This document shows, in pieces, positions 9,936-16,956 of a stretch of 46,905 nucleotides of DNA; within the stretch, counting starts at the first letter, position 1, and each line of letters starts with the position of its first letter. Below the pieces are notes generated by a model. That model saw only the letters and a list, made by a program, of their open reading frames with translations. It had not been told where the DNA came from and did no database searches. The translations under genes were made by a program, and so were the position numbers. Source of the stretch: a virus (Duplodnaviria > Caudoviricetes); the IMG/VR virus record IMGVR_UViG_3300023283_000212, positions 1 to 46,905 of that record; one strand, given 5' to 3'.

Positions 9936-10163
9936 ATGATGCAGACGCATTTGGAGCCGCCAGGTGGCGGCTGGATCGGCGCGGACGATCCGCCGGCGAC
10001 GGGCGAGACGGTGCTGGTCTACTGCCGCAAGTGGGCCGAGCCGATTTGGCTCGCGTTTTTCGACCAGCGCGAATCGCGTTGGCGGCCGGCCGACGTTCCG
10101 GCCGGCACGTTCATCGCCGACCCGACGCACTGGCGGCCGCTGCCCGAGGAGCCGGAGCGATGA
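9936..10163 (+). CDS. DUF551-like phage protein
   Basis: WI...PP...VLVY...PTHWRPLPEEP motif; AAGGAG RBS. Confidence 0.75.
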   Translation: MMQTHLEPPGGGWIGADDPPATGETVLVYCRKWAEPIWLAFFDQRESRWRPADVPAGTFIADPTHWRPLPEEPER

Positions 10164-10594
10164 AAACCAATAACGGGCCGAGCGACCCGCTATCGATCAC
10201 GCAATCCGAGCTCGTGTTTCCCGGCCGACCTAACGGGCCGAGCGACCCGCTATCGATCACGCAATCCGAGCTCGTGTTTCCCGGCCGACCTAACGGGCCG
10301 AGCGACCCGCTATCGATCACGCAATCCGAGCTCGTGTTTCCCGGCCGACCGGTGGTGCAGGTGAGCTGCGTCGCGAGGTTTCGGGTCTGGGAAAGCCGCT
10401 GCGGCCGGTATCGCGTAGTCCACGCGCATGTCACGCTCGGCGAGGACCTTCCGCGCGGCCGGCGGTGGCCCGACCGGTACACGGCGCAGCAGCGAGACGA
10501 GGCGGGCTGGCGCGTTTTGTCGAGGCACCGCAAGCGGACCCGCGCGCTTGCCGCCTGCCGCCGACACGCGGGAAGAAAGCGAGGCCCGGCATGA
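10160..10594 (+). CDS. Hypothetical protein with three 20-aa repeats
   Basis: ATGA-coupled; GGAG RBS; (NGPSDPLSITQSELVFPGRP)x3. Confidence 0.65.
   Translation: MKTNNGPSDPLSITQSELVFPGRPNGPSDPLSITQSELVFPGRPNGPSDPLSITQSELVFPGRPVVQVSCVARFRVWESRCGRYRVVHAHVTLGEDLPRGRRWPDRYTAQQRDEAGWRVLSRHRKRTRALAACRRHAGRKRGPA
10171..10350 (+). repeat. Perfect 60-bp tandem repeat x3
   Basis: Three identical adjacent units with no spacers. Confidence 0.95.
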
Positions 10595-10613
10595 GCGAAC
10601 ACGAAAAACAACC

Positions 10614-10703
10614 AGGCAACGTCCAAGATCACGGGGCGGCCGTGATCGACATTGATTTCAAAACCGACGACGCCGGCCGCTCCCGTGCATCGTTTTGTTC
10701 GCC
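10614..10703 (-). other. attC-like site A (left boundary of the array)
   Basis: AGGCAAC-gtccaa-GATCACGGGGCGGCCG...CGGCCGC-t-CCCGTG-c-ATC-gtttt-GTTCGCC. Confidence 0.8.
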
Positions 10704-10727
10704 GCTTTTTGGCGGAAGGAGTTGACC

Positions 10728-11066
10728 ATGCCCGCACCGAAACAACCATGCCAGACATTGCCGCAGTGGTTGAAACAGAATCTTGGGCCGCGCTGTTTGG
10801 CGCCATTGACCGGAACCGATTCCAAAGCGCTTTCCGCTGCAGTGCAGATTGTTGCGCTGTACGCATACCATCCAGCGCCACAGGTCGCGGAAGCATTCGG
10901 CCTGACCGTGATGCAGATCCAGCAATCGTGTTGGCCGTTGGCGTACCATGCCATCGCGCACGTGATGGACTGGACTGACCGCGGCGAGTTGTGGCGCGAG
11001 GCGAAGTTGCCATCGATTCCAGTTGGCATTTGCAAGTTTGAGTCGCGAGAAGACGTGTTCGTGTAG
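10728..11066 (+). CDS. Cassette hypothetical protein
   Basis: AAGGAG RBS, ATG 10728; stop 2 nt before the next core site. Confidence 0.7.
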   Translation: MPAPKQPCQTLPQWLKQNLGPRCLAPLTGTDSKALSAAVQIVALYAYHPAPQVAEAFGLTVMQIQQSCWPLAYHAIAHVMDWTDRGELWREAKLPSIPVGICKFESREDVFV

Positions 11067-11067
11067 C

Positions 11068-11088
11068 GACGAACTATGATTATCAGGA
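11068..11088 (-). other. Short simple recombination site B
   Basis: GACGAAC-TATGA-TTATCAGG, sharing AACTATGATTATC with site G. Confidence 0.55.
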
Positions 11089-11338
11089 TTTCGCGATGCC
11101 CGGACCAGTCTCAGACTCATGGATGCGACGGCTTGGTGACCTTTTAAGGTCCGGCGGGGTAACGCCCGTGCTAATAGGCTGGCCGTTCAGTTGCTCGCTT
11201 GGACCGAGAGCGGAGGCAGCGCCATGACGCAGCCCTCCGTGGTTAGCAGGAGCCGTGGCGTCAGCGAATCGGTTGGGTACAGCACGGCTTGGCCGCTGGC
11301 ATGCGCTCACTGCTGATGCCAGCCCCGTGTTTTGATGC

Positions 11339-11462
11339 AGAGAACGACTGAGTTCACGCGGCCACGGGCCACGGAGAAAAGACGATGAAACAGACCACAC
11401 GAGAACAACCAGCGTCGAAGCGCGAGGGCGGTAGTGGCTCGGCGTGCAACGATTTGTTATCC
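11339..11462 (-). other. attC-like site C (contains RBS and ATG 11385)
   Basis: AGAGAAC-gactga-GTTCACGCGGCCAC...GTGGCtcgGCGTG-c-AAC-gattt-GTTATCC. Confidence 0.8.
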
Positions 11463-12185
11463 GTCGTCTCGTTTGGCGGCGGAATCAACAGTACGGCGTT
11501 GCTGATAGGTTTACACGAACGCGGGCAGACGCCGGACTTGGTGATGTTCGCAGACACCGGAGGCGAGAAGCCGGAGACATACGAGCACATCGCATTCATG
11601 GTGATTTGGTGCGGCCAGCGAGGAATGCCGATCAGGATTGTTGCGGAAACGCAAACGCTTGAGGACGACTGCCGCAACCGCGAGACGTTGCCAGGTAGGG
11701 TGTTTGGCTTCGGATCGTGCAGCGAGCATTTCAAGATAAGGCCGCAGCGCCGCTACCTGCGCGAACAGGGAATCGACGCCGTAACGTGGTTGGTTGGATT
11801 CCATGCGGGCGAACAGCGGCGAGCATGGAGAGGAGCGACCGGAAACGACACAATCCGATACCCGCTGATCGAATGGGGCTGGCATCAAGAGGATTGCATT
11901 GCCGCGATCAAGCGGCACGGCATGTCCGTGCCCGTGAAGTCCGCCTGCTTTTATTGTCCCTCAATGACGAAACGGGAAGTTCTGCGCTTGCGACGCAGCC
12001 ACCCGGAATTATTTGAGCGGGCGATTGAGATGGAACGCGATGCCATCGAATCCGGGAATCTGCAAACCGTGAAAGGTTTGGGACGCCACTGGAGCTGGGA
12101 ACAGCTGGCGACTGCCGACGCGGCACAATTGCGGTTGTTCGAGGATTGTCAGGTCCCGCTTTGTGACGTGTGTTTCGACGGATAA
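11385..12185 (+). CDS. PAPS reductase (CysH)-like / adenine nucleotide alpha-hydrolase family protein
   Basis: SFGGGINS PP-loop, FADTGGE, YPL and SACFYCP motifs. Confidence 0.85.
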   Translation: MKQTTREQPASKREGGSGSACNDLLSVVSFGGGINSTALLIGLHERGQTPDLVMFADTGGEKPETYEHIAFMVIWCGQRGMPIRIVAETQTLEDDCRNRETLPGRVFGFGSCSEHFKIRPQRRYLREQGIDAVTWLVGFHAGEQRRAWRGATGNDTIRYPLIEWGWHQEDCIAAIKRHGMSVPVKSACFYCPSMTKREVLRLRRSHPELFERAIEMERDAIESGNLQTVKGLGRHWSWEQLATADAAQLRLFEDCQVPLCDVCFDG

Positions 12186-12278
12186 CGACTGAGTTCGCGC
12201 GGCCACGGGCCGGAGAGAAAACGTATGAATGACGAGACGACAAAAAGCGAAGAACCAGCGTCGAAGCGCGAGTTATCC
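12180..12278 (-). other. Decayed attC-like site D (paralog of site C with a 30-nt deletion in the right arm)
   Basis: Left arm is near-identical to site C. The right arm jumps from GCGCGAG to TTATCC. Confidence 0.7.
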
Positions 12279-12809
12279 GTTTTTTCGCGTGAGATCGCGG
12301 AACAAATTGGAGACTGGATCGCACAGGGCCAGCAGTATGCGCAACAAGAGCAGGCCGACGAACCGTACTGGGACCACGTTTGCGCCGAAATTCGCGAGTA
12401 CCTCGATCGAGCGCATGACATTGGATGGCACGCCGCCGCACACGCCGCGATTACCGTTTGCAACGTCCGTGCCGAGCGAGGCGACGACATCGGAACGCCG
12501 CGAAGCAATGAAGCGGCAAAGTGTGGATTGCAGATCGAGGCCGTGTTGGTGACGCACACAATGACGTTGCCGCGCGAATACCAGAGAGACGAGAAGTTGC
12601 CGGCCCCTGTGGGAGGCGATGAGCCGGAGTGCCCACATTGCGGGACCGTGCACGAAATGCCGAAGTGGGTCGAACAGTACCACACGTTCAATTGCGATTG
12701 CGGTTGGGCGTTTCAAGCTGAGCGGGAAACCGTCATTGTGTCGCGACCGCTCGAATACCGTGAGTGGACCAAGGTAACCGGGTTGCCGGACCAACGGAGA
12801 AACCCATGA
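12225..12809 (+). CDS. Cassette hypothetical protein with Zn-ribbon (CPHC...CDC)
   Basis: GGAGAG RBS inside site D. Reads into site E and stops at the ATGA overlap. Confidence 0.7.
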   Translation: MNDETTKSEEPASKRELSVFSREIAEQIGDWIAQGQQYAQQEQADEPYWDHVCAEIREYLDRAHDIGWHAAAHAAITVCNVRAERGDDIGTPRSNEAAKCGLQIEAVLVTHTMTLPREYQRDEKLPAPVGGDEPECPHCGTVHEMPKWVEQYHTFNCDCGWAFQAERETVIVSRPLEYREWTKVTGLPDQRRNP

Positions 12810-12890
12810 ATCAACGGACGATGTACAACGAATCGATTGACGTTGACAAACCGAAAGACGAGGCAACTCCGGTTGACCGCCTTGTTATCC
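12760..12890 (-). other. Decayed attC-like site E (left AAC core lost)
   Basis: gaccaa-GGTAACCGGGTTGCC...GGCAAC-t-CCGGTT-g-ACC-gcctt-GTTATCC. GTG stands where AAC is expected. Confidence 0.7.
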
Positions 12891-13282
12891 TGCCTGTCAA
12901 AGCGGTGACCATCTCCCAGCCGTTTGCATCGTTGATTGCTGACGGTGCCAAGTTTGTTGAGAACCGGACGTGGGAGTGCCGATACCGTGGCCCGATCGCG
13001 ATTCATGCAGGGAAGGGGACGCAGTATCTGGACCGCCGCGAATTGCGGGAATACCCGAACGGCGGAATCGTGGCCGTGGCGAACCTGTTGGCGTGCATGC
13101 CGTTGGATTCGATGCGGCGCATCAGCCGGTCGCAACGCATCCAGCGAACAGAGTTGACGATTGGCGAAGTGCTGGACCATGAACACACGGAAGGTCCGTG
13201 GTGTTGGATTTTGAGCGACGTGAAACCGTGCAAGTTCTTTCCGTGCCGTGGGGCGCAGGGACTGTGGGACTTTGCTGGATAA
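12806..13282 (+). CDS. ASCH domain protein
   Basis: KAVTISQPFASLIADGAKFVENRTW...RGPIAIHAG...GPWCWIL...RGAQGLW. Confidence 0.9.
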   Translation: MNQRTMYNESIDVDKPKDEATPVDRLVILPVKAVTISQPFASLIADGAKFVENRTWECRYRGPIAIHAGKGTQYLDRRELREYPNGGIVAVANLLACMPLDSMRRISRSQRIQRTELTIGEVLDHEHTEGPWCWILSDVKPCKFFPCRGAQGLWDFAG

Positions 13283-13405
13283 CGCTGGTGATAACCGGAC
13301 CACGGACCAACGGAGTTGACGTTGAATGACCAAGGAAGTTGACAACCAGATTGACGGTGGAACTGCCGAGACGGTAGTGGCTCCGTGTTCATCACATTGT
13401 TATGT
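13277..13405 (-). other. attC-like site F (contains RBS and ATG 13326)
   Basis: GGATAAC-gctggt-GATAACCGGACCAC...GTGG-c-TCCG-t-GTT-c-ATC-acatt-GTTATGT. Confidence 0.8.
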
Positions 13406-13940
13406 GCCGTATCGGACAATCTTGATTGATCCCCCGTGGCCGCAAGTGATGAGCGGAAAGTACAAGACAGCGAAGAATCAGCGGGCCGCCGATTTGCCAT
13501 ACAACCCGATGACGCTGGAGGAAATGTTGCGGTTGCCTGTGAAGGCATTGGGCAGTGATGACGCCCATTTATGGCTGTGGACAACCAATCAATTCCTCGA
13601 GGACGGCTTCGTGTTGATGCGTGCATGGGGGTTCAAGTATTTGGCGGCGATCCACGCGATTAAGCCGAACGGGATCGGCAATTACTTCGTGCATCGGACG
13701 CAAACGCTGTTGTTCGGGTACAAGACCAAGTGCAAGTTTCCGTTGGAGCGGTACAAGCCGAACATCATCGAAGTGCCGGACCCAAGGCGGCACAGCGAGA
13801 AGTGGGACGAAACGTATGAGTACATCGAGTCCGTCTCGCCCGGCCCGCGTGTCGAGCTGTTCGCACGCCGGAAACGTCCCGGCTGGGACGTGTGGGGCAA
13901 CGAAGTGGACTCGGACATCGAGTTGGAAGTAGGCACATAA
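13326..13940 (+). CDS. MT-A70 family N6-adenine methyltransferase
   Basis: YRTILIDPPW, HLWLWTTN, AWGFKY, HSEK and ELFARR...GWDVWGNE motifs. Confidence 0.9.
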   Translation: MTKEVDNQIDGGTAETVVAPCSSHCYVPYRTILIDPPWPQVMSGKYKTAKNQRAADLPYNPMTLEEMLRLPVKALGSDDAHLWLWTTNQFLEDGFVLMRAWGFKYLAAIHAIKPNGIGNYFVHRTQTLLFGYKTKCKFPLERYKPNIIEVPDPRRHSEKWDETYEYIESVSPGPRVELFARRKRPGWDVWGNEVDSDIELEVGT

Positions 13941-13955
13941 CTATGATTATCCAGC
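13935..13955 (-). other. Short simple recombination site G (contains ATG 13943)
   Basis: ACATAAC-TATGA-TTATCCAGC. TTATCCAGC is the complement of this cassette's end GCTGGATAA. Confidence 0.65.
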
Positions 13956-14254
13956 CGTTTCCACCGCGAGACGGCAACGAATGGGATTGCCAGTGCGCCC
14001 GTTGCGGATCGTCCGCAGATTGGCGGGAGTGTGAATCGTGCGACGAGGACGGCTTTGACGGGCACGATTGCGGCGAGGATTGCTGCATGTGCCTGTGTCC
14101 AAAAGAAAACGTTCCGTGCCAGTTTTGCGACGGCCACGGCGGAGATTATTGGTGCCTATCATCGCGCGAGTGGTGTGAGGCGAATCCACTAGAAGGACGA
14201 GAGCAAATCGAGCGAGGACAGATCGAGTGGTTCCGTGTCCGTGATGCTGGATAA
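13943..14254 (+). CDS. Cys-rich Zn-finger cassette protein
   Basis: Multiple CxxC motifs; TAA lies in the core of site H. Confidence 0.75.
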   Translation: MIIQPFPPRDGNEWDCQCARCGSSADWRECESCDEDGFDGHDCGEDCCMCLCPKENVPCQFCDGHGGDYWCLSSREWCEANPLEGREQIERGQIEWFRVRDAG

Positions 14255-14338
14255 CGACCAGCGTAACCGGGACCGCCCGGTTGACGTGGAATACAGAGTT
14301 GACGCGGAGGCGGTCTCCGGTTGACGCATTTGTTCTTC
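14249..14338 (-). other. attC-like site H
   Basis: GGATAAC-gaccag-CGTAACCGGGACCGCC...GGCGGTC-t-CCGGTT-g-ACG-cattt-GTTCTTC. Confidence 0.85.
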
Positions 14339-14354
14339 AGTTTTTGGTGACGAT

Positions 14355-14798
14355 ATGCGAAAAGCGAGACTGATAGAAGACGCCGAAAACGACGTCGTCC
14401 ACGGCAATGGTCGGGAGCAGATTCGAGCATTGTGTGAGCGTGCTCGATTCCAATCCGAGTGGTATTCAGTGCGTTGGAAACGGCTGCATGAATATCTTCG
14501 CGACCATGCGGACCAAGACACGTTCGAGCGATCCTGTAACATCATGGCGAACGGAACTGCCGACTCGATGGAACCGCCAACGTACGGGCAGATTTTGAAT
14601 GTGTTGCAGCAGGCCATCGAGCAGTCGATAGCGTTGGCAGATACGGGCAGCCATGCCCACAAATCGCGGTTCGATCCGGATGGCGTTGGCGAAATTCCTC
14701 CGGGTTGGCGAGTGGTTGAAGCGATGACGGAACGACTCAAGGACGGGCTGAAATGGGGGACGTCGCTGATGCGGCGATCCACGAGCACTGTTGACTGA
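14355..14798 (+). CDS. Cassette hypothetical protein
   Basis: The ORF fills the interval between sites H and I. Confidence 0.7.
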   Translation: MRKARLIEDAENDVVHGNGREQIRALCERARFQSEWYSVRWKRLHEYLRDHADQDTFERSCNIMANGTADSMEPPTYGQILNVLQQAIEQSIALADTGSHAHKSRFDPDGVGEIPPGWRVVEAMTERLKDGLKWGTSLMRRSTSTVD

Positions 14799-14882
14799 AG
14801 AACGTTTCGGATCACCGGGCGGAAAGAAAGCTATGAGTACAGAAACAGCGTTGCCCGCTCCGGTGCATCCGGCTGGTTATGT
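14797..14882 (-). other. attC-like site I (contains ATG 14833)
   Basis: GAAGAAC-gtttc-GGATCACCGGGCGG...CCGC-t-CCGGTG-c-ATCC-ggctg-GTTATGT. Confidence 0.8.
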
Positions 14883-15243
14883 GCCGCATCCGTTGCGTGT
14901 GCAGCGAAAGCGGACCAAGGGATTCCGGTTGCAATCAGGCGTCATTTGCGTGACAAGGCCCGGCCCGTGGGGAAACCCGTTCAAGATGCAGTCAGCACTC
15001 GAAGCGGGCTACGCGAACACCGAAGCCGAGGCCCGTGCGTTGTGCGTCGAGTGTTTCGAGGATTGGCTGTTAAAAGGTGACCTTTCCGAGTGGTGGTTTG
15101 GTGCAAGCCGTGAATCGTGGATGTGGATGCGAGAGAACTTGTCAACGCTGGCGAGTCAGAAGGTGGCGTGCTTCTGTCCGCTGGATCGTCCGTGTCACGC
15201 CGACGTGCTGGCAAAGTGGGCACCGATGGCGTGTCCGTTTTAG
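14833..15243 (+). CDS. DUF4326 domain protein
   Basis: RVQRKRTKG...VTRPGPWGNPF...ACFCPLDRPCHADVL. Confidence 0.85.
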   Translation: MSTETALPAPVHPAGYVPHPLRVQRKRTKGFRLQSGVICVTRPGPWGNPFKMQSALEAGYANTEAEARALCVECFEDWLLKGDLSEWWFGASRESWMWMRENLSTLASQKVACFCPLDRPCHADVLAKWAPMACPF

Positions 15244-15245
15244 GC

Positions 15246-15265
15246 ACATAACTTGGTCGTTATGC
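15246..15265 (-). other. Short simple site J (copy of terminal site N)
   Basis: ACATAAC-TTGGTC-GTTATGC. Confidence 0.65.
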
Positions 15266-15377
15266 CGCAAGTTGCCGAGGTTGCTAAGCGAGTTGCCAAG
15301 CGGAGTTTTGGTGGACGGAAAAAAGTGAGCAGGCGAGGCGTAACTACCTGAAAGAGTCCCAGCTTACGGCCGCCGAG
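15249..15377 (+). repeat. Internal copy of the array's right boundary and the 5' part of the replication gene (16953-17175)
   Basis: Near-identical sequence. It has a single copy of the upstream duplicated unit and lacks 21 nt between two GTTGCCAAG repeats, which removes the ATG. Confidence 0.9.
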
Positions 15378-15437
15378 GTCGATCAGGATTGGCCCAACGA
15401 TGACAAGTTGGATGATTTTCTGATCCGGCAACAGTCC

Positions 15438-15569
15438 ACATAACGTTAAAGATCACCGGGCACATGGCCCAACGGGATAGGCGATGGAACAACCAAACAA
15501 CGTAGCCGAAGGATTGGACGTGGAAACGCCGGAAGACGAATGTGCTCCGTGTGCATCGCCTTGTTATCG
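15438..15569 (-). other. attC-like site K (contains ATG 15484)
   Basis: ACATAAC-gttaaa-GATCACCGGGCACAT...ATGTGC-t-CCG-t-GTG-c-ATC-gcctt-GTTATCG. Confidence 0.85.
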
Positions 15570-15672
15570 GGATTCTCGGACGCGGATTCAGCGATTGTTG
15601 AATTACAAACGATACATTGATTGGTTAATTGAAAAGGAGCTGGAAAATGTGGACAGGCAACGACACGCTTGA
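15484..15672 (+). CDS. Small cassette protein (first of two genes in cassette K)
   Basis: Starts inside the attC-like loop, like neighbouring cassette genes. Confidence 0.5.
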   Translation: MEQPNNVAEGLDVETPEDECAPCASPCYRDSRTRIQRLLNYKRYIDWLIEKELENVDRQRHA

Positions 15673-16189
15673 CGCTTTGCGATCGAAGGCAGCGTCGATG
15701 ACGACGGGAACCATTTGCGTGAACATTGAGCAACTGAATGGGTTTGGCCGCGTTCTCCGGGTCTCGGAAGAGATCATCGAAGAGGCCAAAGAGACGCGTA
15801 CATGGCCAGACAAGCGGATCAGCGCAAAGCTGTTGTACGAGCTTCAGGACGCGCTCAAGGCGTGCGGGAACATGGCGAAGAAATTGAAACACGCACCGGA
15901 GGAACTGTGCGGTGAGAGTCTGCGGTATTTTCGGGACGGAAACATGATGTGCTGTGTGTTCGGCGACTTCGAGAACTTGCAGGAAAGTCCAGCAGGTTTT
16001 GGAAAAACGGACGACGAAGCGTATGAAGACTTGAAGCAGCAGATCGTGTGTGAGACGTGTGGCGGCGATGGTCGTGTTCCGGTGACGAATACGTGGTCTG
16101 TGGACCGTGGCACGAAGTTTCGGCGTGATTACGAGGAACAAGTTACGGGAGAATGCCCAGCGTGTCACGGCGTTGGGTTTTCCCGATAA
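15647..16189 (+). CDS. Cassette hypothetical protein with DnaJ-type CxxCxGxG motifs
   Basis: AAGGAG RBS; CETCGGDG and CPACHGVG; TAA lies in the core of site L. Confidence 0.75.
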   Translation: MWTGNDTLDALRSKAASMTTGTICVNIEQLNGFGRVLRVSEEIIEEAKETRTWPDKRISAKLLYELQDALKACGNMAKKLKHAPEELCGESLRYFRDGNMMCCVFGDFENLQESPAGFGKTDDEAYEDLKQQIVCETCGGDGRVPVTNTWSVDRGTKFRRDYEEQVTGECPACHGVGFSR

Positions 16190-16274
16190 CGACTGAGGTC
16201 AGCGGGCGGCGGCCGTTGACTTTGATTTCATGTGCAGCGTCAACCGCCGCTCCGTCTGCACCGTTTTGTTATCT
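16184..16274 (-). other. attC-like site L
   Basis: CGATAAC-gactga-GGTCAGCGGGCGGCGG...CCGCCGC-t-CCG-t-CTG-c-ACC-gtttt-GTTATCT. Confidence 0.85.
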
Positions 16275-16286
16275 GCGGATCATGCA

Positions 16287-16628
16287 ATGAGCAACCTACG
16301 AAGCGACTGCCGCGACCTTGTGAAAGACCGTGAAGCCGGGGACGTTTGGCGAACACATATCGAGCGACTGTGCTACCAGATCGACGAAGTTGAGGAACGC
16401 TGGCACGCAGCAGAGCGGAAGTTGAACGCCGCCCGTGAGGCGTTGGAGCAGATCGTATGCACGGAAGGCGAAGACCGTGGCGTGGTAATGGTCGATCACG
16501 AAAGCCCGACACGGTACGACTCGGAGCGAAAATGTCAGGTGTATTTGTGCGAGAACTTTTCGCCGCTGGGGGACGCTTTGATTTCATTGTGGGATGGACT
16601 TCAACGCGACGTTGAGTTGAGCAGATAA
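16287..16628 (+). CDS. Cassette hypothetical protein (coiled coil); alternative start 16230 inside site L
   Basis: The ORF fills the L-M interval; TAA lies in the core of site M. Confidence 0.7.
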   Translation: MSNLRSDCRDLVKDREAGDVWRTHIERLCYQIDEVEERWHAAERKLNAAREALEQIVCTEGEDRGVVMVDHESPTRYDSERKCQVYLCENFSPLGDALISLWDGLQRDVELSR

Positions 16629-16713
16629 CGTCCAAGGTCACCGGGCCGCCGCCAGTGACCTCGAACTTGAATTAACGCGCCGTCGGCGGCTCCGGTGCAC
16701 CGTTTTGTTATCC
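16623..16713 (-). other. attC-like site M
   Basis: AGATAAC-gtccaa-GGTCACCGGGCCGCCG...CGGCGGC-t-CCGGTG-c-ACC-gtttt-GTTATCC. Confidence 0.85.
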
Positions 16714-16722
16714 GGATTTCAC

Positions 16723-16956
16723 ATGGCGACTACGAGAACACCACCGACGTTTCAGTTTGATGAGCGATCAGTGCTGAAGTGTCCGGGCTGTCAGACACCG
16801 CTGAAGCGAGTGCGTCAGACAGGCGGCATGATGTTGAACGATGATCAGTTTGACGCGATCAAAGCGGGCGACTTCTATTGCGATCAGTGTCCGGGCGATC
16901 GCGGCAAGTCAGGTTTGCGATACTTTTGGAAGGCCGAGTTGGGGATTGACGGATAA
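16723..16956 (+). CDS. Small Zn-ribbon cassette protein
   Basis: CPGC...CDQC; TAA lies in the core of site N. Confidence 0.7.
   Translation: MATTRTPPTFQFDERSVLKCPGCQTPLKRVRQTGGMMLNDDQFDAIKAGDFYCDQCPGDRGKSGLRYFWKAELGIDG

Noticed and set aside
10171-10350. CRISPR array
   Set aside because: Units are contiguous and identical with no spacers, and they are in frame within a CDS. The same applies to the 60-bp repeats at the ends.
10614-16713. Hairpins as rho-independent terminators or REP elements
   Set aside because: They lack consistent U-tracts, have long loops containing start codons, and show conserved AAC/GTT cores, 6/5-nt spacers and bulge positions.
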